From positions 28,770,001-28,834,000 of the forward strand of contig CM119371.1 of assembly GCA_051294905.1 (NCBI GenBank): 64,000 bases of DNA, given 5' to 3'. This document shows, one piece after another, positions 51,701 to 64,000 of the stretch. The position numbers and the translations under genes were made by a program. The notes beneath the pieces were generated by a model, which did not search any database, had not been told where the DNA came from, and saw only the letters and a program-made list of their open reading frames with translations. The DNA comes from Botryllus schlosseri. Its lineage: Eukaryota. Each line of letters begins with the position of its first letter. Within the stretch, counting starts at the first letter, position 1.

Positions 51701-53720
51701 TACCGAAGGCTTCGGAATACATGCGTCGGTTTTATGGCCGTCAATCATTTTGGGAGCGCACTTTGCGGAGTCGCGTGTAGCCTACTCTATATGTCTTCGT
51801 GTGTCCCGGAACGGAAATTGCTGGAGCTAACAGTCTCCAACCCCATACTGAGCTGGCACCTTTAGACTCAATAAACTCAACGACCTCGGGCTACTCCATT
51901 GTAGGGTTACCATATTTTGGAATCGGGAATGGAGGACACTTTTTCAAAATCTTTAGACTTAAGATACCGGAGAGTATAATCCGCCAACCACGAAATTGTG
52001 GTTGGTTGCCTCAAAAAAAGTAGGTCTTCACTTACGTTCGGACCACGAATTTCCTGTTCAGCGAAATTTATGCCCCTTTTCACTCGAATCTATCCACCAT
52101 TTTACTTCTAAAAGCTGTAAAGGGGGCGAATGGCCAAAAAGGAGGACATTTAGGCGTCCTCGGAGGACATTTTCAAAAACCTGAAAAAGGAGGACGTATG
52201 CTAACCCTACTCTATAGATACCGTATCTACTGGTATTGTTGTATACTCATAATTGAGAATGCAGCTGAATTTAGCTATGGATATTAGCTTAAGAATTTAT
52301 TTTTCGGGATACCGATAATAAAATCAAGGTACGTATGGACACTAAATCGCGCGCAGCGGGAAAAAAATTATTAGGTTACATTCATCTGCCCAATATCCCT
52401 GTAATGTCTATTGATTTTTCGAAAATTTTCCAAAAATTTTGGAGGGGCGATCGCCCCTTTCTGACTACGCCAGTGCTAGAATAAAAATTGCACGTAGGCT
52501 AACCACCCCTGATTAATTCGAACAACTCTCCGCTTAATTTGGACGCAGGCTCGCAATTATTATCGTTTGGTTATGACACAACAAACAGTAGGCTACTTCG
52601 TTCGTTTTTACACTTAGATGAGTGATTATGGTGAACCAAAGTCGATCCATCCATTGACAATCGACAATGAACTCATATAAGGCTGTGCCAGTCCTACAGC
52701 CGCCTTTACTTCTGTACAATTGTGTCCGTCTTGCAGAACAGAATTGTACATAAATGTTAGGGCAGTTGTTCGGCAACTTTAAAACATGGTCTCAAGTTGA
52801 CATGTCCCGTATCTACCATAGAGCTTACTAAATCACGCATTAAACATTGTGCAGTGAATTCTATGGTAAATATACCGAAATTACGCTAAGCTTTCATGAC
52901 CTGACTTTCTCGTTTGAGCGACTACAATACTGCGAGTCTGTCCCGGTCGCCTGAATCGAGTGGAGAGTCGTGGTACACTTATACTGCAACAATTACGAAT
53001 GAACCTGTAACTGATGAGAAATCTCACAAGAAAGGCTGACTCACAAGTTGAGTATTGCTGGGTATAACATTAACTACGATATACCAGCTTACTCTACTTT
53101 GCTACCTTAGAACGCTTATCAGCTACATGGCACCTCGGGCTGCGCCAAGAAATGAAGTGCGAAATTACAGCAATAAAGACCATACGCTCGTCGCCGCACA
53201 AGTACGAACTTTCACATACCAGGCCCTCAACAATCCGGTAAACTATTTCATCGAAATAATAACACCAGATTTCATGATTCAACTAGCTTGGTGCCTGTTT
53301 TACGTTTATTGCTGTTCGTGACCAGTTCCCAATTATTTATCGGTCAGAAATGCCCATGCCCATTGCCCATGCTTGAATTTTTCCATGTCTTATAACGGCA
53401 GACATAATAAACTAGAACCCAGTAATCCCATGGTTGGAGCCTCGAAAGATATCAAACCCGAACTGGCGGTTTTAGCAGGCAACTAGATAACCATATTACT
53501 GCACCTAATAGCGACATCAGATACACGCCACTTAAACCAATGACCAGACTACTAACTACAATCCTGAAACGCATCGTATGCATCAAATTAATGGAAATAA
53601 TAAGCGCAATTCTAATGACATCACTCGCTACGTGGTCGTATATATCGAGAACAGGAACTGCAGAAAACCTAGCTCGTGCCAGAAATTCAGATCTGATTGA
53701 GATTAAGTTGAATGCAGTCA

Positions 53721-53842
53721 TACAAGCTGGCGAATCGCTTACAGGAAGTGCCGCAGTTCATACAAGCTGGCGAATCGCTTACAGGAAGTGCCGCAGTCCA
53801 TACAAGCTGGCGAATCGCTTACAGGAAGTGCCGCAGTCCATA
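53721..53842. repeat. 40-bp minisatellite, 3 copies
   Basis: tacaagctggcgaatcgcttacaggaagtgccgcagt(t/c)ca at 53721, 53761 and 53801. Confidence 0.95.
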
Positions 53843-54842
53843 ACGAGGCTTTCCAGCGATACAATTTTGCGCACTTCAAACACCTAAGCAGCCCATTGTC
53901 TTACTACTACAATGACGACTTAGCTGCGAGCTCGCCAAATCAGGGGAAGTGATTCTGAGATTAGAACACGCTCTGCGCGTGCGGACGGGAAGTCACCTCG
54001 AATTTGACCCAATTCGATGCCAAAACACCTATGCCACCGTTACTTAATGGGGATTTTCCATGTTGACGTTAATATAACCCGTCACCACTGACAGCAATAC
54101 ACGCTAAGATATATCTGAACGATCTAAATGCCATATAGACCCACGGTCACCACAAACTCTATCAATCACCTTAATCACCTTAATACCCAACTTAACTATT
54201 AACAAAATAACCAATACAGCGCTGTGCGTCCTCCTATAAGCCTAATTATATCATGGTGTACTTAACCGGAGTTCAGATATAGTTTGATAGTAGCAGTACC
54301 AACCTGATGCTTTCTCTCGGATTTGTGCACAAATTTAGCTGGAAAATTACCGGACGATTGGCCTTGGACTATCGTGGGATACGTCAACGCGAAAATGCAA
54401 TATATTTGTTGCTAATATAGTAATCGCAAACCTGGAGATAATACATATTATATATAGAGATAATTAAAATAAATACAATATTGATTTGATGATAACACAC
54501 ATGCGTCAGATTCCTTGTCAAGAATTTATAATCTGGCCATTCTCAACAACCAATTTGTCAAATTTGGGGATTATAGTAGGTAGCGTGCTGATTCTTAGAA
54601 ATTTAAATCTGTGAGCAGTGATCGAATCATAGAATTGCTGATTCTGCTTTTGGTTTAGCATCGGAACATGATAGTGACAGCTTCATAACCAACAATGGCT
54701 GGCAGTGTTAACTCGCATTCGTTACGTTCTTTCACGACATCAACACAATGTTCCGTTTTCTCAAACATTTTATTAATTCAGTTGATATATTTAGCACCTG
54801 AAGATTTGATAAATTGTGACTATGACAAAATATAATGCTAGC

Positions 54843-55983
54843 CAGATATCACAAACACGCGGCCCGCGAAGTCCTATTTTGCGGCCCGCGGCCTGATGCG
54901 GAGAAATTTTTGAAGAACGCCTATAGTAAAGCATTTCGAAATGCCGAAATTGATCTCAGTTTAAATATATTGTTGTTGATGTTCCAAGTAAGCCATATCA
55001 CTATTTCATCGGTTCGGCATGGTAATATCATCATTTGCTGATATGAATGGGCAATTGGGCATATTGCATTGACGTGCAATATCAAACCACTGCCAATACC
55101 GGGATGCTTGAAAATCGACTCCAAAATACCATGCTTTACGAGGATATAGTTCTCCAGCAAGTAGGCTACCGTGTCTACCTACCGAGAATTCTGATGGGAG
55201 GCCTATAAATAAATGCATTCAACAAAGGGTACTAATGGGAATTGGCCCATCCAAAGATGCAGCACTGCATTAATAACTTCTCTAAGTTTTCGAAGACACC
55301 CCCTCGATCAACTCTACCGGTGAATCTGATCGCATGGGCCGAGAAAGGATAAATATTTGATATTAATATGTGAAACTATACAAATAGGTAATGACGAAAT
55401 CTACTCATGAACACTTGAAATTTTCACGACTGCAGAACGAATCCATGTCGCTCTTCATGACATGATTATACTCACGATTTCGGTGCGCACTCATGCCGAT
55501 ATGAATAAATAGATTACTCCGGAGTGTACCGGCAATGGACATGGACACTGGACAGTTTAACGTGGGTATTTGGCCCCAGTTAGTTCATTACGACTATGCA
55601 CCGGAATGCTGCCGCGAGCTACATGAGTAATCGAAATGCAGCCGTGAATAGCAGAAAGGTTGGCCACTCCTGTTTTAGTTGCTACATAGTGTTCTCATGT
55701 ATCGTGCGCAGCTCATAGTTGAAAATATAATGAAATTGATGATCATAATAATATTTTTGTTGTATTTGTGTTTATTCAATAAAATATAATTTCTTTTGTG
55801 GTGACTATGCCCGTCGCCCATGTTAGAGAGCACAGCATTGTACTAACATAGAGTTATCATACTTGATTGTTAAAATGCGATGCCTATTGTAATTTCGATA
55901 TTGAAGTATTGAAGTCATGCGGCTCGCGGCCTCTAGGAATTTCGAAAAGTGGCCCGCGATCCATTTTGAGTTGGCGACCTCTG
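54843..55983. mobile_element. Diverged sibling of MITE 8392-9934
   Basis: Colinear similarity throughout, ending gagttggcgacctctg. Confidence 0.75.
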
Positions 55984-57257
55984 CTCTACACCATGTCTTG
56001 GTCTAGCTAGGACTTGCGCTGTCGTGACTTGAAAATGACTCGACCAGACTCAAGTCAAAACTGTGAAAGTGAGATTGACTGGTGACTCAGAACTTTGTGA
56101 CCTGGTTACAACTCTGCCCCTGCCCTACTCAACATATCCCCGAACGGGTCAATGGCGATGCGACCCATTATTGTCAGTGAGGTTGAACATTTTCAATTAT
56201 GGGATGGTGATTCCGAGCCGCGGACTATTGAGTTGATGCGATATGCTGCATTACCTTGAATGTTCATGTTCTGTTATAGTTTTATTATAAGTTAAAGTAT
56301 AAGATTCCAAAAAAAACTCGATTTGAATTATTGCTTCGGTTATAAAAGTGATTTTAATCAGAGGCAAATGTTTTTTAGCAAGACCCTATAATGATAGCAA
56401 AGCATTCATCTTCACCTTGTTGTGTTTTAAATTGCTTTGGACTTTTCCAGGGATAGTACTAGGACCGCTAATTATGAATGAGTTGTAATTGAAGTTGCGA
56501 TTTGTACCTAACTGCGCAGTGCGCACGCATGGAGCAGGAATCGGTTGTTCAAGAATCGCGAAATAATGACTGGTGCCCGTTTTACGCCAACCAATATTAG
56601 AATAAGATAAGGTGAACAGAAAATTCTGCCATTATGATATTGCTTTTCGTAGTTGAACGTGCGTAAGTCCATTGCCTACAATACACTTAAAATACATATA
56701 TTGTGAGCTGCCGTTACGTAACGGCAAAGAGCAGCTCGGGTATGATTTACATCAGCTGCCTTTGGTGTCCAACGCTTTGATTTGCAAATCGTCATGCTTC
56801 AATTAGCGAGTAATTCCACATCTTTGTCCGGTAAACATACCTGCTACTCGCTAAGCAGCGTTCAAACTGCGTTCAATTAAGCATAATAAAATATCAATAA
56901 TTACGGCAATACTTGAAACTAGGCAGAGTGGTGATTTATTATCTTCTTTATGCGAGGTAGTATAGTGCTTCGTGTGCATCAATAACCTGGCGTAGCATGA
57001 CCGACGTTATTTCAATCCTACTTCTAAGAGTGGTTCATAATCTTCACAAATCCACGCAACACTTACGCTATTCGGCAAGTCTTCGCGAAACCCATCTAGC
57101 TACACATCTAATACATTACTATAGATCGCAGAATGAGCTGTGCGTCAGCAGAACAAAACCAATAAAATATGATTTCCACACAAAACGAAAACATAACGAA
57201 TATTTATCACAAATCAGTGCGACCTTTCCTGTTTCCACTTCCCATTTCTGAACTGGT

Positions 57258-57410
57258 ATTCACGATGTATGCACAAAATCGCTCTTTGGTTTCGACCGAA
57301 CAATACGATGGCACTTTCCACTTCCCATTTCTGAACTGGTATCTGAAAGGAAAGTGCCATCGTATTGTTCGGTCGAAACCAAAGAGCGATTTTGTGCATA
57401 CATCGTGAAT
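57258..57410. repeat. Perfect 62-bp-stem hairpin
   Basis: 57258-57319 is the exact reverse complement of 57349-57410, with a 29-nt loop. Confidence 0.95.
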
Positions 57411-58937
57411 TTTCTTTTCTACAGCCACTTTTCTTCTCTGGTAAGTGTGCTGCGAGTGTCTTTTAAATTTTTATAGTGTACCCGAACCTGAAAAAGTTTT
57501 GGAAACACTAATGTAGTTAGTACACTCATTCAGAAATCTAATCATCAAGAATAAGTGTTACATCTGTAAATAATTGATACTTCACTTTGCAATTGTTTTT
57601 TACAGTATTGCGTTCGCTTGCAGTATGTATCATTCATTGTATTTCTCCATTCGTCATACAATTTTTGATGACGAAAGTTCACTTTATATTTTAATAAATA
57701 AACCGATTTTCCGACGGGGTGTCCAAACACCCCACGGTACTAATGGTGTGAGAATTACCGCATAGATACAGCGAGCCCGAAAGGGTTGAGAACCACAACA
57801 CTAGTTTATGAGAACGAACTCTGATATCCTGGTTCAGGTTTCGTGAATTTAGTAATTCTGAATTTAGTAATTCTAATTAGAATCTATAATCTGTAACAAG
57901 CTGTGCAGCTATAATTTTCATTCTATAGTCTATAATTTGAAATAACCAGTGCAGCTATAATTCCTACTATAATCCCGTGGTTCCCAACCTTGTTACACCC
58001 AAGCACTATTTCGAGGTTTTATGCAGTGCTGGCGTTGTCGCGTACTACCTACATTAGTTACGCGTGCCGAAGGCAGCAAAACAGAAAACTGACCATTTTA
58101 AGGCGGCAGTATATGATTTCTGTAGCGGATCCATTTGGCACTCTTGTGGTCAAATATAATAAAACGGAATTTGGTTAGGTAAGAATCCCAATACTTTACG
58201 ACTACGTCTCTTCCCTTAGTCCTTATTGGTGGGATTGCCCCTACCCACGACGACGACCTTCCCCGTCGACGACGGCTGCAAAAAACTCAAAAGCAGCATC
58301 ACCCGAACTAACTACTTCCTTCGATTGAAAAAAAAACAGAATCTATTCGCGTACCACCTGGAAGATTTTGGCGTTACCGCAGGTTAGGAAACCTCTGCTC
58401 CAATCTACTTTGAAGAAACTGAAAATATTGTACTGACCAACTCTTGATTTCGACGACTCGTGTTGCGTCTCGAATTACGTGAGATTAGGTGAGTTCAAAG
58501 AGCCTTTCGCGAGCTGACCGCAAAATATTTTGAAATACCAACGTCGGCACAATGCGGTAATCCCGTTTTAGAGAGCTAATTACCGATGGCGGACAATCCG
58601 ATGCACCACAGTTTTTCATAATGTATCTCCCAATATCGATATGAAACACTTCACAGCTAGCTTGCTCTGTATATATTTGCAAGTTTCTTGATCGCTCCAC
58701 GTTCTCATTTATTTTTGTTGTAATTTGCTCGCTTCACAAGTAGGCGATCCACGCGTTGGGAAGCACGGGTGCGGGCTAACATCACGGCTTTGGGTAACCG
58801 GTTCACTTTCGCAGAGACCTCGCAGCTTGCAATATTCTTCTCCCACATGCCCGCAAGCAGATGGGTATAATGTAAGATGCGACTGTTTCAGCTGCGAATC
58901 TCTGAAATACACGCGATAATCGGTCAACATTCTAAAG

Positions 58938-59930
58938 CAGGGGGCAAACTTTATAGCTAGCGGGCCGCATTCAACACTTGAATGCGTTCGCGGGCTGCAC
59001 TATAGATATGATAAGGCACAATAAGCCACAATATTTTTATTTAATTGTAAAGTGAATGACGACATGAAAATAATATACATGCATTTGTGTATTTAAATTA
59101 AACAAAACCAAACATAAATTCGATGATAACGTACACGCGTCAGATACAAGCTGGTCGTTGTAGGTTGTCTCTATTCTTAGAACTGGATGTGCAGCGATCT
59201 GTTCATAGATATTCTTTTTTGCGTGCGCCGTCGAGAGGCTTTGACGACGGAGATGCGATACGACCGCAGGCCACCTAGTCTGCACCCCCGTGCTAACCAT
59301 GGAGCAGATCGACTAGCGCGATAGCTGCAGATATCAGTTTTCGAGTCGTTGGTCTGACCCAGTCGGGAATCGAACCCAAAACCTACCGATCTATAAGACG
59401 GACGCATCACCATTACACTATTTCACTCGGGCAGTAAGTAGAAGTTGCAATTTTAAAGACACGTTGAAACTACTTCGAGTGAAAACGGAAACTGTGCCGA
59501 CAGTATCATACCCATTTTTACTTTTGTATATGCTTACTTTTGTATATGCTTCTACAATGTACAAAAAATATAAAGATAAATACTTCTACACATACAAATC
59601 TAACACACTCGCGAATAGGTTTTTCCAAGTACAACACTAAAAGTAATAAATTTGCTAGTGTTTTCAATCTAAAAGCACGCTCGTGGTCTGAATTAAGCCA
59701 TTTACGCTCCACTTTCTGTGATATATAGCAATTCACACCTTTCAAAACGCATGTGCCTCGGGGTTGGGCTATCACGCCATCAATGAAATAAAAAAACACT
59801 ATGGTAAGAATATAACTTACCATTATCATGTTGAAGTATCAAGTACCCACAGTAATTTGATTTGTAGTAGGGATTTTATCATTATTTTTACGTTTTGAGG
59901 TTTTCGCGAGCCGCACAAAACTGTGTTGCT
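58938..59930. mobile_element. Sibling of the MITE that hosts the palindrome
   Basis: Starts cagggggcaaacttt...gcgggccgcattcaaca and ends tcgcgagccgcacaaaactgtgttgc. Confidence 0.65.
59180..59420 (-). mobile_element. tRNA-derived SINE
   Basis: Minus strand reads tagtgtaatggtgatgcgtccg...ggttcgattccc...ggtcagaccaa, the same head as the SINE at 612/1989. Confidence 0.7.
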
Positions 59931-59970
59931 TCTAATTTCTAACTAACGTCAGTATTTGTCATAGTAGCAG

Positions 59971-60340
59971 TTCATGAAAAGCAACTTTTCAGCATAACCC
60001 TAGGACGTCTACTCTTTTATCGCCCTTTAAAATTAATGCAATAGAATTGGAAGCCCTTTCACTTTGAAAAAAATTAGAGGAAATATAGAGCCGCTGTATA
60101 GACAGAACATATTGACCGGTGTTGGTCGATACCGATATTTCGGGCGTAGTGGCAGGGCGTAATAGCATTTCATGAAAAGCAACTTTTCAGCATAACCCTA
60201 GGAAGTCTACTCCATCTGGCCCTTAACAATTTATGCAATAGCATTAGAAGTCCTTTCACTTTGAATAAAATTGGAGGAAAGATAGAACCGTCGTATAGAC
60301 AGAACATATCGACCGGAGTTGGCCGATACCGATATTTCGA
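59971..60340. repeat. ~197-bp diverged tandem duplication
   Basis: ttcatgaaaagcaacttttcagcataaccctagga at 59971 and 60168. Confidence 0.8.
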
Positions 60341-60549
60341 CGAAAACAGAAATCGGTTGGGTTATATTAATGACCCCCAGCTTCCATGCGACAAATGATA
60401 AAGTCAATCGCGTGGCCTTACCGCAATTCCCCAAACGAAACCGGGATTCGCATTTTCGCGTTCAGCTTCCAGCGTGGCTTCCAGTTGCAGAACGCGGGCT
60501 TAAATCCAAATGCAAATTATTAGTACTGTGCAAGAAGCAGTGTATACAG

Positions 60550-61559
60550 CAGTGTTGGGATGACTCGAGTCATGACTTGACTCGAGTCAGACTCGAGTCA
60601 CCTTTTTCGTATGACTTGACTTGACTCGAGTCAGTTTGCTAAAATGACTTGACTTGACTTGACTCGGCGTATCAAAAATGTGGATTGACTCGTGACTCGA
60701 AGCAAAATTCACGAGTCAATTTCAAGTCATAAAGTAATCGGTGTCGATAAAAATCACTGTATCTCACGTATGTTCGAATTGTTCACGAAACGCTGCTGTA
60801 ACCCGCGAGAGCGACCAATCATTCAATGATCGTGCGTTTTACTGAGCCTCTATTGTTCTCTCACTCTCACAAATATATTGACTGCAAACGAAGTCGAAGC
60901 TTACAGCTTTCTTTGTCGTAAACTAGTATAGTAAAGTAATTTGATAGCAAAATGTATATTTCACTTCTCTGTTCTTACCTTAACCAAACCTCTTGTTTTA
61001 TTGAAATTGAATTCGAATATAGTTTACATATAGTCCCCACCAATTGGCGCAGGCTCGAATTGTATCATATCAATTTGTAAATATATTTACAAATGGATAT
61101 GATACATACCTATAGGTAATGTTTTTGCATCCTATCAATTCGTTTCTCTATTCTATATTTATGATGGTGACTATAAACTGAGGGTATGCAATTACTTACA
61201 TAGTTCAGCAGTTCTACGTAGCCTATGTGTGAGCGATACAGCGCCTTCTTGCGTGTATATTTACCTCTATATTCGTTCATCGGTTCGAAATCAATGACCA
61301 CTCAACCGGTATTGCTAGCAAAATGCAATGACGTAATCATGCTTCATACTTGGAAAAGGCAACTTGACTTGAATTGTGACTTGACTCGTGACTTGACTTG
61401 ACTTGACTCGACTTGACTCGAGTCACCTCCAAAAATCGAGTGACTTGACTTGACTCGAGTCACCTTCGAAAATCGATTGACTTGACTTGACTCGAGTCAA
61501 AATGTGTAATGACTCGAAATGACTCGTGACTCGAAGGTAGTGACTTGATCCCCACACTG
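60550..61559 (+). mobile_element. hAT-type MITE, sibling of 42105-43049
   Basis: Same TIRs. Perfect TSD gtatacag at 60542-60549 and 61560-61567. Confidence 0.9.
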
Positions 61560-62476
61560 GTATACAGTAGGGTTATGTTCGAATTTTTTTTTGCCTGTAG
61601 CAGGAATTGATGAACATTTTGGTATTAATTAATAAAATTATAGTCATTTTGCTCAAATCGAAGAAAATGTCCCGCACAAACTAACTTCAATTTTCGACAC
61701 TGGTCCAAATATATAAAAAATGTACAATTCAAAGGTATTCTTTGCTACAAATTTAATGTTCATATATATGTCCTTTTGCACTTCTGGTAAAGTTCATCCA
61801 TCAATTTGACTTCCCTTTCTGTTATTATGTTAGTGCCAGGGACATCTATAACGGACATATCCGACTTCCAATGGGATTTTAAGGCACTTTATCGCTGCAG
61901 GACATTCGAACGCAAAGAGCGCAGCAAATAATCTTTGGTATATTCTAGAGCCCGACCGATATTGGGGTCGATACTAATAAAACCGATATCTCACACCTTT
62001 ACCGAGAACCCCAATACATTCAGCCGATATTCAAAAGAAGTTGGATATACATAAGCACATTTTCAAAGCTTCAGAGCATTTATTTGAACATCTTTACAGC
62101 CATTGTTATACTTGAACATGAAATAAACTAGAAAGGCTACATCTGGACACCTGTTAAGTGTAAGCTATGTGAAATATATCAATATTCTCAGTCTAGCGGT
62201 CAATGATTATAATTTTCTGACTTCCTAGCGCCATGTTATGACGTCACGAAAATTGCCAATAATTTTTCAGCTTCAATGGCCGATACCGATAATTCTTTCT
62301 CAGTGTGTTATCGTCACGATATTATCGGCGAACCAATAATGGGTCGGGCTCCGGCATATTCAATCTATAGACATCTGGTTAGAATACCAGGCTTCCTGAC
62401 ACGCATTTGCGATGAATAAGCATGATATCTCGAGAGTTACTCTCCATCTGGGGACTTGGAAGTACGGAATTATACC

Positions 62477-63370
62477 CTTGAGCTCCATATCGCATTGCGT
62501 AGAGATGGAAGTTTAGGCTATTTGATTAGTGGTAATCTACTGTTTTCTCTGAAAGAGCGGCACGCTCTGCACAGCACATAGATAATCTTAAAATCATTAC
62601 TCCGTCCTCGGTTTTCTAATATTTTCATTTGAAATTATGTCTTGGTGGATTGTACCAGGTTTTCGTAATGTTTGACCATAATATCATCTCCAAATTTGTA
62701 GCTGAGAGTTGGATTTGTTGCGGATGTTGGATTGAAGAACTCTGATACATGCTAAGATTCGATAATATTATGTTGGCAACCACTGTATTGTGATTCATGA
62801 AAACCCTTGCTCATCATTGCAATTTGCAGTTTCACAACGACATTCCGCCGCCCAGTATCGCCAGATACTGAGTCACATATGATATAGCATTTTCAAATTT
62901 TTATCATATATTCCTTGAATCGGTTTGCTAGACCGCTGAAAATATGTTGAGTTGTTCTACTTTCGCCTTTTGGAACAGCCAGTTGGATTTGTGTCAGACA
63001 AATTGAAATTATACGATATACACAGTCTACATCTAAAATCGAAATTAATAATTATTTATTAATTATTTAATTTGTATGTAAGCAAGAAAACGATCGGATT
63101 TATTCAATCTGGGCAATCACAATTTACCGAAACACTATTTCAAATCTTCGCAATTGGAATTGTGTCAGTTAAATTCAAATAAGTCGGTATAATTATTATA
63201 TAGTCTGTATCTACAAAAAAAAGCCTATCCTTCCTACAGTGAAAACTGGACAATTTTTGTGCGGGAGGCTTTTGTTAAACCAGGCTTAACTTTTGTCAAT
63301 TTTGTAATCAGGACACAAAAGTTCATCGTTTGTGACTACAGGACACACAAAATTTTGATTTTTTTTCTAG
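62477..63370 (+). repeat. Direct paralogue of 2616-3700
   Basis: Long colinear matches, e.g. atatcatctccaaatttgtagctgagagttggatttg and caggacacaaaagttcatcgtttgtgactacagg. Confidence 0.9.
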
Positions 63371-64000
63371 CCATAACCCTATAGTGTACAGTGGTGTAGC
63401 AGAGTGCGAAATACGCCTCTAAGACTTTCGACCTTGTGCATTGTGATTTCGCCCTTCGCAAGTTTCATTGCCGCCGCCATCAGGCCAGTGCAAGATGTCA
63501 TCACGGACTTGATCATGATTCACACAATAAACAACGATCGTAGGGCCAAGTTGTCACGGAGTCATCTTATGTTCTGTGACTTGTGACCCAAGTCTTAAAT
63601 TTTAGGTATGCAGCGATAAATGAAATGTACAAAGCTGCTATCGTGAATAATAGGAGGCTTACGGATAGTCAAGAACTCCCATCCTACAAAAGTCATTTCT
63701 AGGTTGATGCACGACAGGCAATCCGAAGCGAAAAACGCAAGTCACATTGTCCGGCCGGCACTGGGCATCATTGAGGTATAAATGATGACATACCGTTTAA
63801 GCGATCCAGTTCATCTTGAACGATGGTCCATCCGTGATCAGAAACGTCCTCCTGTCAAATCACAGCACGTTGATTATAGACGCAAATAAAGCGTAACCAA
63901 GCGAAGTGGCTCCTTTGTACGGCATCAGAAAAGTACGTTGATCCCGATCGACGCCACAAAATGTCGGCACGACATGTAGTTATATAGTAGTCCATATCAA

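Noticed and set aside
52800..53400. Possible LINE ORF2 3' remnant (LQYCESV, TFTYQALNN)
   Set aside because: Too degraded to support, and no RT core motif was found.

Overview
AT-rich, repeat-dense animal (probably invertebrate) genomic DNA with small GT-AG introns; there are no prokaryotic features. The dominant structure is a 14.7-kb near-perfect palindrome (19162-33833) with AGTAGT...ACTACT termini and a CCCTGC target-site duplication, which is the end signature of Polinton/Maverick elements. It encodes no polymerase, integrase or capsid that I can see. Each arm carries an intronless single-BIR (IAP-like) ORF, an overlapping orphan ORF, a captured intron-containing fragment of a choline transporter (SLC5A7-like) gene and a ~200-bp tandem array. 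A 43-bp hairpin sits at the apex. The element is inserted in a hAT-type MITE whose halves and 8-bp TSD can be rejoined. The window also contains a 7-exon fibrinogen-related (FReD) gene with 63-nt coiled-coil exons, a 14-finger C2H2 array with decayed ends, two hAT transposase remnants, tRNA-derived SINEs and many nested MITEs with 8-bp TSDs. All calls are by eye; no database search was run.
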